Under the pieces are notes generated by a model. It did no database searches. It had not been told where the DNA came from and saw nothing but the letters and a program-made list of their open reading frames with translations. A program made the position numbers and the translations under genes. This document shows positions 14,096 through 26,981 of a stretch of 64,000 nt of DNA, in pieces (the first letter of the stretch is position 1; every line of letters starts with the position of its first letter). This stretch comes from Iphione sp. A-MEVVRFRX5 (taxonomy: Eukaryota): positions 28,830,001-28,894,000 of the forward strand of contig OZ320322.1 in NCBI GenBank assembly GCA_976226885.1, read 5' to 3'.

Positions 14096-14522
14096 CTAGA
14101 GTGTGGACCTGCAAGGTCTATTGTCACCCACCTAAGTGGTTCTTTCATGCTTGATTGTAACTGCCTTGGTCAGGCTGCTACTAGGTGGTGCTGATAGGAT
14201 GGGGTATTGGTGAGTGTAAATGCATGTGTGTGAGTGCATTGTCAGGCCTAGAAATCCCTAAACAATGTATGTTTGTATATATAATAGCAAAAGAATAAAT
14301 TAACATAATTTCACCTTTAGAATACTTGAATTACATGCACTACCAACATTGTCCGGTGCCATGGGTCCACATATATAAATATCATATATATATCAAAATC
14401 AGTTTATTTAACTGAAGAGTTTTAGAGTTATAAGACTGACAAGATTGTGAAGCAAGGTCAAACAGTCAGACAACCGCATTCCTAAGGTCACTCTCTCACT
14501 CTATGAGGTGGGGGACAATAAA
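14096..14522 (+). mobile_element. Non-autonomous Helentron/DINE-1-like (HINE) element, copy 1
   Basis: Starts AGAGTGTGGACCTG..AGGTCTATTGTCACCCACC and ends CTATGAGGTGGGGGACAATAAA (subterminal inverted repeat TATTGTC.CCCA / TGGGGGACAATA). Colinear similarity to 48645-49166, e.g. cataatttcacctt, gtgccatggg, ttataagac. Confidence 0.75.
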
Positions 14523-14612
14523 CTTTTAAGTAAATCTCTCAATCATGAGCACACTGTACATGCTTTATTGACGGAGACATAAAATAATTGCTTTGAAATG
14601 GAGAACAACACT

Positions 14613-14700
14613 GAGAAGCAAAAGAACAAGAACAAGACGAACAACAACAAGAGAAGGAGGAGCAGGAGCAGGAGTAGGAGTAAGAGGAGCAGAAGGAGGA
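14613..14700. repeat. Purine-rich low-complexity repeat (AAGAAC/AAC/GGAGCA/GGAGTA units) at the start of the putative intron
   Basis: Direct reading of the sequence. Confidence 0.85.
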
Positions 14701-14729
14701 AAACGCGGAAAAAAAGAATTGATCCGTAC

Positions 14730-14856
14730 CTTCATAGTTAATGACCCGGAAGTCGGGAGGTTCGATGACCTTGGTTGACGTCGAGGCGTCCGTGTCGAAG
14801 ATGATGACTAGCCCGTAGAGGAGGAGCGTCAATATGGCCGTCTTCCGCCTCGCCAT
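14730..14856 (-). CDS. First coding exon of an unidentified secreted or membrane protein (signal peptide exon; whole exon 14730-14971 including 5'UTR)
   Basis: Minus strand: acceptor ccccactgtgcatttttgcag| at 14972/14971; Kozak-like accatcATGG at 14856; translation MARRKTAILTLLLYGLVIIFDTDASTSTKVIEPPDFRVINYE-G with basic n-region, 14-residue hydrophobic core and T-D-A cleavage motif; phase-1 donor GAAG|gtacgg at 14730/14729 followed by low-complexity intron-like sequence. Confidence 0.65.
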
Positions 14857-17800
14857 GATGGTGTGCGCCACAGAGAATGTCCCACCCAAGACTGGCGTCA
14901 CCGGAGGTCGGCGCTACATGTTGGGAGGAGGGACAAGTCCTAAGAGGTTGTTGTCATTGGCAGCCGGGCATCTGCAAAAATGCACAGTGGGGAATCGTCC
15001 TGAGAATGCGTACAAACTGCATGTGTTCATCACGTGTAAATAGAAGTGAAAGTAAAACGGTCCGATGTGTGATTGATGAGGAGGGCACTTTCTATAACCT
15101 GTATACAGACGTACATGACATGTGCGCTTTCGCTGTTGAAATTCAGACCAGCGTGAAGAGAATTAAAATGTACGGTACGGATATATCTAAACGTGTAGTC
15201 GGGCCTCACTCCGCGGGACCTCTCTGTGAATCGACACCGGACAGAGAGGACACTGGATATCATGAATACAGGAGGTCAGGAAAGGCTTAATTCATCGAAT
15301 GAAAAAAAAATACAGTCGCAACTTAGAATTAAGATTACCATTAGGACAATCTTGACCCTTAACTGTGAGTTGCCCTGCGACATGAGGTGGATAAACCATC
15401 TTGATGAAAGAACTTGGTTTCTCTGCTAGTGGAATTGCCCACATAGTGAGTTCCTGTCCTAATTATCACACATAGTGTTTAACAAGTCCGCTTTGTGAGG
15501 GTCCGTATAAGAAAGACAGACTGTACATTACATATTGATAATGTACGAGATACAGAATATCTGAACATTTTGGGGCAAATTCCTATAGCTGCGTTGCACA
15601 AGACTGCAACGGCCACAACAATGCTATATTTGTGGTACAATCTCGAGCCTTACACATGTAATTAGATGCTGGTTCCAGGGCGCTCGGCAAAGCGTTCTCT
15701 TCCATATAAGTCTCGCGCTACTATGGCTTCTGCAGATTTACTTTGCATTGTAAATGCAATCACACAGGTAGTCTGCATTCTACTGCAGCCAAACCTTCCC
15801 AAAATAATAAAAATTAATGAACCGGCAGTTATAAGTAGCGCCGTTCTATTCCCTTTCGCTCTTTCCAGTCATAGGAAAGCGGAGGAAGAAAAAAACACTG
15901 CCTTGGGGAAGTGTGTTTCCCTAAGACGTGACAAATATACTAGATAATGAAGCTTTTAGCGGTGATGTTATCGGGGCCGCTGTGTGTCGCCACCAGACCG
16001 AGGTGCCCGCTTTGTCGAGCTGATGAATCTGTGTGTATCCAACTTCATCAGAAGCCATTGTCTCCGTCCCCCTGCCAGTATCATCAATTAGCCACTACTG
16101 TGGGGCTTATTTATCCTCTACCTCCAACCCCTACGCCCCCCCCACCCTTGCTCCACAGCCACGTAGGGACCCCAGGTTGGCTCTGTTCCAACTATGACTG
16201 TAGGGTGGGGTGTTTTTTTTCATACATAGCTCCAGTTGAAACTAAGAAGTATAAAATAGCTTTAGGACTGCTATAGAGGCACCAATCAGGCCCTGTGAAA
16301 ATGATATCTGAGAGGAGGCCCTAATCCACATGCCCTGTCTTGTCTCATTTGTCGCCCGGTTTAAAAAGCCATGTAACCCACGGGGCTTTGGTGTATAGAT
16401 GAGTGAAGACCCAGTCGGCTGTATAGGCTGCGCTAAGCAGACGAAAGAGTCCGTTTTTTTACTCGTCTGCTCTGCAATGAAGTTCGTTCATATTTGTCAT
16501 TTAGGAGGCGCACGAAATGCGTGGGTAGGGAAAGTGGCGGGGCACCATGGCAGTACGTCTATACAATTGATGAGATGTAATGTCTGTGCATATTTGGAAA
16601 AAATGATATTTTGAAAAATAGTATAAACCATGTCCCTTGATTGGCATTATTGTATGAGAAGGGGAGCTATTACTAATTCTTGAACTTATCTAAACAGCAG
16701 TTTTTCAGCATAAGATGCTACTTCACACTAACAGTGTTTTTTTTGCGGTTGCTCTTCCTCGAATCGCCCATCGTTCTGATTAATTCAACGCTTGATTTAG
16801 ACTGTGTAGGGAGTAGCCAGGTAGTACGAGTGGAACTCGACATTTCACAAGGAGCCACTATATATATGGAGTACGCACTTGATACGGAAACGTGTCAAAA
16901 ACACGCACAGCCGACTGATTGTTGCTTGTGAAACAAGAGAACTGTATGCGAGTCGGATGGGGGGGGGCGATGTGCTCTTTGCTCTCAGGTGTAGAAACTA
17001 GAAGTGTTCGTGATGACAGCATCGGTGAGGCAAGCGAAAAAAAAGGCACATGGTTCTAAACCGACTGACTACAGGTAAAGTTCTTAAGATCTTGAAGGAT
17101 CCGCAGGATACAATAGGGATGAAACGCAGCATGAATAGCGTGTGGTTGGCACCAGTCACGATAGGCTTTGTCGAGCGCTTCTGATGTGTATGTATTTAAA
17201 TGCATAGGGTGCATACTGTACAAAAGTCCAATGAACACGTGTTCTTGTAATAGATAACCATAGAGTTTTGTCGGCAAATACTAAGTGTGTGAAAGAGTCC
17301 TACTAATCTAATTAGTTTCACAAATTCCCCGGTCCTGTAGACAAAAGGCGTATATTATAACCCAGTGTAGTTCTGAATGGGTTAAGGAATATCTTTGAAA
17401 ATCGGAATCATCAGCTGGAACATGTCACTTGTGTTTAGATCTACCTATAACCCAGACGTAGAAAAAAGCTGGGAAATTAAAACCGTTTTATGTATTCATC
17501 TAGAACCCTACATGAACAACCAGGCAAACCGATCAGTTAATATTGAGCATGACCTCGGTAGAGAACAAATGACGTAAATCACCACACACCCATGATGAAT
17601 CTCATCAAATTTTCTGAATTCGGCACACGTATCTACTCTAGTGTGAGAGGTAGAATGTACGTTTGCGTGATTTTCACTGAGTCAGAGGTAACCGGAAACG
17701 AAGAAAACATCGCCAGATGCTCTCCTTAATTTAGTCAATACTCCTCTGCCGTATGCACATGAATGGAAGCTACGAAGAGGGCGCGAAACGTCTGTTCACG

Positions 17801-19886
17801 TTACGTATAAGAGCTGCCAAAGGCATACACTTTTACGAAGTTTCATTTCAAAATATTTTCATCGATTGCCCAAATGGGCTCAGTAAATGAGTAAGTTTAT
17901 TTTTCGAGGAGGTGGTCATGAAAATAAATAATTTGTTTTCTTATATTATGAGTTATTGCTTTAATATGTTAGATATATTTAAATAGGTATTAGCATTTAA
18001 GGGAGTGCTGAACCTCGCCTAGTCTACGCCTGTATGGGAGAGGCGTGCTTACTGCAGGATGTATCTGGCTTTTACGAGTCGCTCTACAATATTGTTGAGC
18101 AGCTCATCTGCAAGGTTGTATTGCTCGCTCCTCTACATCACATCAACCCTGACACTGGGCGCAGATCTACGAGCGAGCAGGACGACAGAGCCCTAATCCT
18201 TGCGCCATCTACAAGAAACCTTGGCCAACTACTTCTCGGTGAGACAAGGCAGAGAGCTTTGTCTTCTTCATTGAAGAGCTCTAGGCTAAAGTCGTATACA
18301 TAGGTAATGCCTTTCTATTTAACAGAAACATACATAATCACTCACATAAATGTACATCAGTATTCACATTACATTTGATTAAATATAAGTAGTAAAATGG
18401 GACCTCCATGCTAAAAATAGAAGGTGTAAAATGCATTTTATGCTTTTTAATGTGGTTTTTAAGTGACTGTTTTGGTGTAGTATGTCGACAGGGTGTTATT
18501 TGTGTTGGACCGAGCCTGCTATTTCTTAGGTGGCCAGTCGCTAAAAGCATTGCTTTTTCCAGAACCTGACGTGTGTGTATGTCCGTCTGTGTGTCTGTGT
18601 GTAATAGATCTTCAAAGTTGACAAGCAGGAACATGGTTTTCGGATATCCACCTGTATCCTTCCACATCCTGCTAATCACAAAGGTTTCTCCTGTCTTTGG
18701 GTCTCCCACCTGTCAGCTTCCTCCTTTAGGGGTTGCTTTGTCAGGTTCTCTTCTCCATCTTAGCAGACAATTGATTCGTTCTTCCTGTCACCTTCGAATA
18801 GAGAGCTTCCATCCAGGCGAACCCTCCCCAACTTCCGCGCCCGGTCGCTGGTGCTGGGTTGCACATCTAAATTGGTTCCCTCTTTGCCAAGAGGCGCCCT
18901 ACAAACACTATTAAGACATTAAGAGACATCGGTATCCATCTCCTGGGACAATTAACTTTTATGTTCCTGTAGGCGAGCCGGGCATCGGCACGACACGCCA
19001 TTCCACTTACTGAGAGACTCTGACTTCTCCTTAGTGTTAATATGCAGCACGACGCCACAGCGCTGAGTTACGCGTTATCTCTTATAGAGTCGCCCCCATT
19101 AAAGGTCTCACTCTGGGGCCATGGCCTTCGGGCAACGAGCAGGAGAGATGGGCAAGTCTCATGCGTATACTGGAGAGCTACTCCAGGGAAGGCGTGGGCC
19201 TTCCGTTTCAGCCTCTCATAACGGGTCTCTCCCCCCCGCCCACTACCACCCCACATACAGCCCCTAAACCGTCAACCCCCATCTAGCCCCGCAGCCATTC
19301 GCAATGATCTTCCTGACACCTCAAAACTGTGACCCCCTACGTCGCGGAAGGTTAATGTCGCGCGTGCGCACTTCACGCGTTATTATGACGTCATGCCAAG
19401 TGGAAGTAATCCACTAATGGCGTGGGGAGAGGGCACGAAGGATCCCGGCCTTCTCCCCTCATTGTGCATTTTAGAACATAAAACTGGGTATTAGCCGCGT
19501 CGGGCGGACGGCACGAAGGTGAGAGGCGCGCACGAGGCGAAAGTGTGGAATCGGTCGATAGGCGGTGGAAGGGAGTTCATCTCTAAAACGTAGAGGTATA
19601 AGCCCCTCCCCCCCCCCCGCCCACCCCAAACCCCCGACCCCACCGAGCTACTCCTGTATTCAGGGCCTGCCATGAAACTGTCGGCGCCGCTTCCTGTGAG
19701 GCCGGTCAGTTATTAGGGCCTTAGCGCGTGCAGTCATGTGGAAACGGCGGGCTCCTGGAGAGGCTGCCGCCAAGGGAGTCAGTGATACGCCCACCAACCC
19801 CCGCTGGAGACAAGTTCACCGGCTGACCACTAGCTGGCGCGGGTCGGCTACAATGGCCGCCAGACGGCGCATTGTAGCGGTCAGTG

Positions 19887-19900
19887 CTGCCCCCTATTGA
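19887..19900 (-). promoter_or_regulatory. CTCF-like motif (reverse)
   Basis: Reverse complement TCAATAGGGGGCAG, 12/14 match. Confidence 0.35.
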
Positions 19901-20354
19901 CCCGCCTCTTCTGTCATAGTGGAGTTGGTGGATCGGCGTGGAGAGAAAAATAAACGCGCAAGAATTAGTAGGGAGAGGGTATTCTCCCTGACGCGTGCAA
20001 GTGCGAAGCCACAACGACAGAGACCCTGTGATACGTGGCTACAACGCTTTTAGCTGTTGTGTTCTATCTACTCATGTGGTGTTGTCGTCTGAAAACAAGA
20101 CATTGATCAATTGACCACTTTGTGTAACCACGAAAAACTGCCCATTTAGCTCCGCAGATTCTCTTATAGCAACTTCTACGAGCAATTCTACACACAGCCT
20201 TTAAATATATGTATTTTGGCCTTGAACAATGTCCGTAACGCCTGGAGGAAGGGACTTCAGATATTGCACTAGCCGAACGAGCTTTTTCCTCTTGGATTCA
20301 CAGACAGGAACGGTCAGAGGACATACCGTACTTCTACAATCGTCGCCGTCCATG

Positions 20355-20822
20355 TGTGACCTTCAGTGCTGCCCTCCTGGACGGCCTCCGTGACCCTTTG
20401 GCCAGCATCGGGTTGGGGAGGTCGGTCCTTACCGTTCAACCCCTGGCATTTCTCTCACACTTACAACGGCAAAAGCCTCCCGCGAAAGTTAACCATTCAG
20501 ACCGGCCCGCAATCCTCCGGCACGCAGCAGGAGAAGTGAACAAAATGCACTGGGAAAAAAACTCTTAAATGTAGAGAAATGAAAAAGGGAATCTGAAACA
20601 ACGAAACGCCAGGACGATTGTCAAATTTTCGAAGCCATGCTTCCCTTTAAAAAAAAAGTACAATAAAAAGACACTCGAAAAGGGAGCAAGTGATCTATCA
20701 TTAGTTGCGATCACGTGACGTGCCAGGTGACCATTTTCCCGCCGATCCCATTAGTGACCTTACAAGGTCACTACAATGGCGTTCGCACCAATGTCATGAT
20801 CAAGGTCACGGGGTTAGGGTTA
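20355..20822. promoter_or_regulatory. Nuclear-receptor half-site cluster including a 22-bp palindrome and a DR2-like element
   Basis: TGACCT near 20357, TGACCC near 20391, TAGTGACCTT-AC-AAGGTCACTA at 20752-20773, TCAAGGTCA-cg-GGGTTA-GGGTTA at about 20800-20822. Confidence 0.4.
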
Positions 20823-21315
20823 CGGGAGGACAATAGCCCAGCGGAGAAGTAGTATGTCTGGCGGAGTGGAGGGAAAACGCCCTTAATCCGGGAAGAGAGC
20901 AAAAATTACCCCGGCGAAGGAAAGGTGTTTCTGAAGTAAATCTTTGCATGATGATTTTTAAATGGCGTAAACAATTTGAACGTGAAAAACCATAGAAATA
21001 CGTGTATCTATCAGTATGTGGTAGGATGGTAGCCATACTGAACAAAGAGTCAATATAAAGAATAATAAATAAGTTTCCTAAAGAAACAAAAATCGAACAA
21101 AAACATGTTTAGATTATACTTATATTGAACCAAAAAAGAACACATTATAAGGGAAGGGTCTTTTCAGACTTCCTTTTATATACGTTTTTGCTTCCAAGTA
21201 TATTATGAAAACATTTTTTTACTTTCCTGTTTCCTCCAGTTCCCTCTAATACAAGCACAATGCCACCATTGAAAAACCCTCGTCTTATCCACTGCTAAAA
21301 ACACATTTTGCAGTA

Positions 21316-21331
21316 ACGTTAGGGGGCGCTG
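21316..21331 (+). promoter_or_regulatory. CTCF-like motif (forward)
   Basis: ACGTTAGGGGGCGCTG, 12/14 core match with the expected TG tail. Confidence 0.35.
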
Positions 21332-24300
21332 GGGCTAAAACTAATTCAGTATGGGAAGAAACTTACTCATATTCTCAGCGGAAAGGAAGAGCACAGAAAT
21401 CCTGCTTGCCTCGAGGGCGAGTGAAGAAAATAGACATTATCCAACAATAACAACTCGTTTCCGCTGAGGACGCGTGTATGTTGAGGCTTAATATATGAAA
21501 TGCCAGGAGGTCGGCGAAAGGAGCTGAGCTGTATTTCTTATATTAAACGACACCTGATAGGTTTTGATCATACAACGTTCCGAGGACCAATGAGAACCTG
21601 GATTACTATCTTAACTTATATTGAAAGGTCATTATATTCCATGGGTTTATTTGAATCATTCAAGATTCGATATCTAGTAAATATGGCTATTTTGATTGCT
21701 TACTATAGAAGGCTACAATGAAGAGAAACTGCACGAATGGAATTAAAAGTGCAAAAGACTATACAGAGACTATAAAATTCAGGCTTAGTTATTACACGCA
21801 ATGGTAAGTTTGTTATAATATCTTCATGGCATTATATCTACCGTAGATTGAAACGTTATTCTTGTATATTATATGGCGACATTGCTGATATCTCAGATTC
21901 GAGAAAAAAAATGGTCCGAATAACTCAGAATTGAGGAGAGCCATACGACCACAGATCATTTTGTCAGCATGTGAAAACTCCATCAACAAATGGGTCATTT
22001 CATCCGTGCATTGCGAGCGACTCTTTACTGTCGAGTTCTGGTATGAGCAGCTCATGAGTCCATCGTGAGAGGCTCATGTACAGAGATCCTCCTTCCCCCG
22101 CCGCCACTGCCACCAGCCTCCTCCACGTCGCCCAACTCCCTGTGATTACTGGGCCTGGCAGCTTACTGTGCCCTCGTCCCATGGCGACCTCTCCCGGGCG
22201 ACAAGCGCGGGCGACTCGCCTTTGATGTAGCGTCCCTGCCCTGCCCTTCCTTCTGTCCGCACATCTCTCCGCTGGCGACCGCCGGGGTTTGCGGACAGGA
22301 GGTCTACCTCGGCGCCTCCCTGTCGCTCTGGCGGGCCCTCCCGTGTTCTCAGGAAACTGCTGATCCTCCTCTAATTGACACGAGGCGACCCGCGTCTGTT
22401 TCGTCGCCATGACAATACTGTCATTAGGCAGCGCTATTGGCTTCGTTGGCTGAGCAGCTCGCGCCGATGGCATAGTGACCCTCCGGTGCCATCAGTCTTT
22501 CGCCCGCTCCGCCGCCAGAGGTGCTCGCGCCTCGCACGGGGCCCACCAACTTGGCGCGAGCTGCTCAAAATCAAGGACATTTGGGACCTGCTCCAGATGC
22601 TACAGTTCCGATACCCTTGTTACCTGCTCACCCGCTCCAATTGGCTGCAGATCCAATTTAATTGCGCGGGATTGAATCTGTCCCGGCGGCTGAGCCCAGG
22701 CTTCTTATAGTGGCGGTCTGGATAATGACTTGCAAATATTCGAATGAAAATAGTGGTCTTGTGCTAAACATCAAATATCATTTTTTTTTCACGTTCGCAT
22801 GTAGTTGACTGCTACTCCCGTTACCTTCGTAAGAAATAAACTGATTGCATTATAATGGAGCTCCGAATGTATTAGTATATTCAGAGATAAATATGACATG
22901 GAAAACAGACTTGTATGCGAGTATTTTCAATCATTTTGCACATTGCTCACGTAAGTTGCTCCCCAATCTTGGTAAGGTAATCCTAGCTGGGGCATATAAT
23001 TATGCCTTCCTTTAGGTACACGGTAACATATCACGGATTTCACAAAATGTACAGCCGCAGCCAGTTCGACTTTTTTGCTGGGGAGATAGATAAGTTATTA
23101 CCAAGGTTTCTATTAGTGACTGAAAGAGATGTTTCTTGCGGATATGTGTAGTTTTACTTCAGACATGATGGAGGGCACGCCTCCTATTCGAGACCATTAC
23201 GGTCGAGGGGTGAGAAAGGTTTAATTCCAGTCATTTCCACTAGGTTTTCCCTTGAATGCCTGCCAAAACATCATGTCTCCATGCACTACTTACGACGGAC
23301 CGTCTTGGGTAATACATGTAATCTCTGGCTGGCACCGAGTGGTTCTTGCATACCGATTTTCTGCCCTTCACTATATGAGCACCCTACAATCAAATCCTTT
23401 CCCCCCTAGCGTTGGCAGTACTAAGGTATACGTTTTAAGCTGATTACTGTTTGGCGGTGAGGCGAGTGTCTGGCATGTTCCACGCCATGCATACACAATG
23501 TATACAGAGGGAGTGTCCAAATGATACGAAGTGCTCACTCAGTACGTGACACCCACACGATGTTTTTCTCCCTACGGCTTAAAGATAGCCTCGAGCGGGG
23601 AGGATTTCGAACCATTTTCACCCCGGGGAGCCCTATCACCTGCCAGAGGTTGCAAAAAGTTGCTCCACTTGATGGGGCTGGCAGTCGGCCAGGTCAGAAG
23701 GCACTTGTATAGACGCCATACAGAGGTATTTATAAACCGACTGTCCCAGTGATGAGTTAATGCTCACCGAGCTGTTGAAAGAGTTGTCCAAACCAACTCT
23801 ATTTAGATACCATGGGTGGGCCAAATATAACTGGTGACAGCATAAAAGTCGTACTAGTCAAAGCTTTCATTCGTATGTAATTTTATGTACGATAATTTTT
23901 TTCGTTCGCTGTTCATCAGTAAATCTGGTTTACTGCATGCCTCGGTGTGAGTTATCCAGCCTTTACTATTAGATCACATTCTTCACACCATGCTTTCTAA
24001 TCATTGTTTGAGTACAGAATTCAAGACATGCATTTGATACTTGTGTAGACCTATATGTGTTTAGATTGTTACATCGCGACCCGAGTGAAATGCGGGCGAG
24101 TGCGTATTTTCGGTTGGGGGTGACGAAGACGAAAACCAGCCTAGGCGATGATCGTAGACGGTAACGCATTACATCGCCACCCTGGATAATACCACGGGTG
24201 TACCTCTTGTAGTAACAGGTGATCGAGGCTCCTGTGTATGGGTGGTAAAGCAAGAAAATCCGCACGGAGATGGTGTGCGAGGTGGGCCAATACGTGTACA

Positions 24301-24360
24301 TGTAATTTGGCGGCTGTATCATACGGTGGGTGTGGAGGCGGGGAGGGAGAGAAAAATAAA

Positions 24361-24371
24361 GACAGACAGAC

Positions 24372-24410
<39 letters not shown>
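24361..24410. repeat. (GACA)n microsatellite
   Basis: About 12 units with one GATA interruption. Confidence 0.95.
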
Positions 24411-25636
24411 GGCGGGAAAGGAGGAAAATGGAATTAGAGAAAAAGAGGAAATAGTAACATGTACTAAGAGTATTGAAGGAAACTATATGCTATAAAGGGG
24501 TGTTCTATGAAACAGTTAAAGCATCATTTTCTAACTATTAATATGATACATTTACGTTATAGATATCCATCTACAATACCCTAAAAACCATGTTCTTTGG
24601 TCTTGCCCTGTATCATCCATCCATTTAACTCCATCACTCCTTCCGCAATCCCTCCCGATTCTGTCACGATTCCTTGTGATCCACGGATCTGTCAATGTCC
24701 ATTAAATACTCTTAGAATAGCGTCGCATACCCATGTAAAACGCCATCATAAATAGCTTGCTCAAACACACACAACAGACGTGTGCTCTAAGTAGATCCCT
24801 CAGCATATAACACAGAGACGTGTGGTAGCGACTGTTTGTGTGTACGTCCACATGTGTGCGCGTGGTACTCTCTGAAATGATTGATCGTTAACGGTGATCA
24901 CTGTGCACGCGGCTATCCAGCTGCCACACGGAACGTGCGGTCGGCCCGCGCTGTTTTTTTTTTGTCTTCGACGGCTGATCAAACAGTGCTGGGAAAACAG
25001 CGCATTTCCATGAGCACATCCCACGGTGCTAACATACGAGAGCCAGGGGCACATCGTGTGGACTTGAGCACACGTACAGATGCTCTCACTGTCTGCTGAG
25101 GTCATGCGATGGCAACCTCGGGAGACATTGACCTGACCCTGGTCGTGTCCCTTGTCTTGTCCCTGGTACCACCACCCAGCCACCTCTACACTGGAACACA
25201 GTGCACGTGTGAAGGTTATACATGTCCATGCCACTCTGATGACAACAGAGGATTATTAGCTCCAATGGGCGTATCTAGATGAGTTGCTCGCAGCATGAGA
25301 CGGTCAATGGTTGGAGCTGCTCGGGATGTGTATATATGCATGGGTTGAGATGGTCGATGGTTCAGGTATGCTCAGCAGGTTGCCAGGAACGCAGAACAAT
25401 TATTGACCCGTTCTGCATCTACTCTCTGAACTACCACTCCATTTCTTTGCAAAGCAGGCGCGGTGCCTATTCATGTATATGTTTAGCGTAAGAAAATATA
25501 TTTTCCTGAAGTGATGTTGGACCGATACAATGTTATCATGATATCCTTCAAATACGGCTCGAAAGGAACTCTGACAAAATCTCTGCCGCCCTTTTCATCA
25601 TCCACTTTATGAATGCAAAAGCTCATCCCCTGGTGA

Positions 25637-25666
25637 GAAGAAGAAGAAGAAGAAGAAGAAGAAGAA
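25637..25666. repeat. (GAA)10 microsatellite
   Basis: Direct reading; followed by a purine-rich tract. Confidence 0.95.
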
Positions 25667-26981
25667 AACAAAATTGAGAAGAACTAGAAGAATAAAACGA
25701 TATTTTTAAAGTAAGAACAGGATCAAAAATGAAGCAGGAAGTAGATACGGAAGAATAATAACAACATGCAAGAGGAGGTATAAATGAATGGAAAAAGCGG
25801 GATATTGACAGCCCTCCATTCTGAACGAAATTCAGTTTTTCTCTCCTACAGTAATTGTTGCTACTGAATGACAAAATGATTTGAATAATATATGTATTTC
25901 ACATAGTGTACTGTACTCTGCCTTGGTCTGTCTCTCTGATTCTTTCATAATACAAGTAGTTCACATAGTAATCTGTATTTATTCGTGGTCTGTCTATCCC
26001 TCTGACATGGCACCCACGAGAAAAACTCAATTGTTCATCCTCATTTATTATTTTGATGGTAGAACGCTGCCGTGCATAGTCACCTACGGAACTTACATGT
26101 ATATTCTAGAAAATTCAATTTGGAGGGTTATTTCGCATGTATTGTGTCCAATCCTTCCTCCTCGGGGTGGCCAAGTGCGTGGACAGAAATGCTATCTACA
26201 TTTTATATCGCACATGACTGGTTTATTTCATAAATAACCATATAAAATGTATTTTGATGGGAGGGGTGAGATTTTCCCTGTAGTACATGTATATGGAAAC
26301 GGATTATTATATTCGGTTTGATAGTAACGATAATACATGCAACGCCTAGTGTGACGGGAACAGGTCGAAATGCTGTGAGAGCGCATCATGTGTGTCACGA
26401 AAGTAGCACATGGTATTGGGTTTCCTGCCTCGTCCTTTAAATCCTATTCTTTTCCAAAAGTGTAATTCTGCTCGCTGATGAAGTCTCGTGGGGTGCTCAG
26501 TGCATGTAACAGAAGCGGAGCTCGCGGCATGTCACGCAAGGCATGTGGCTATGGAGGATACATGTCTAAACTCATTTCCTCTGACAGCCGACCAGTGTAT
26601 ATCTCTTGCCCAAGTGGCATTATGGCCTGATGAACGGTCCCCTAGTCCCTCCCTTGCCCAGCCCGCTAGCCTTACCCCTCTGCCCCTTCAGCAAGCCGGC
26701 ATCCAAGCCCTCTGGGATCCAGCCACTACACGACCAGCTATTGGCTGGGCGGCAGGATAACCCGAGCAGAGGTGAAAGGTCATCAGCCCTCGGGTACAGC
26801 CTGTCCAACTCGTGTTCGCGTTGAGCTCGTGCCCTACATCAGTCGTCATCGAGCTCAGCCAGACTACACAATCGGAAAATCATCTGGACCGACTTAACTC
26901 CGGCAGCTGAACTTTGATATTTGTCTGCTTTGAGAGCCCACCGACGTCGGGGAACTTCCTGCAATGTGAGCAAGCGCCGTG

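Noticed and set aside
20812-20822. TAACCCTAAC on the minus strand as a telomerase RNA template or telomeric repeat
   Set aside because: Under two repeats, with no pseudoknot U/A tracts or H/ACA end nearby; better explained as nuclear-receptor half-sites or chance.
22390-22430. Minus-strand CUAAUGA...GAAAC hammerhead-like string
   Set aside because: No NUH cleavage triplet or stem I; only a short ATGACA/TGTCAT hairpin.
26526-26567. Three CATGT half-sites as a p53/p63 response element
   Set aside because: Spacing and flanks are off-consensus, and ACATGT is generally over-represented in this sequence.
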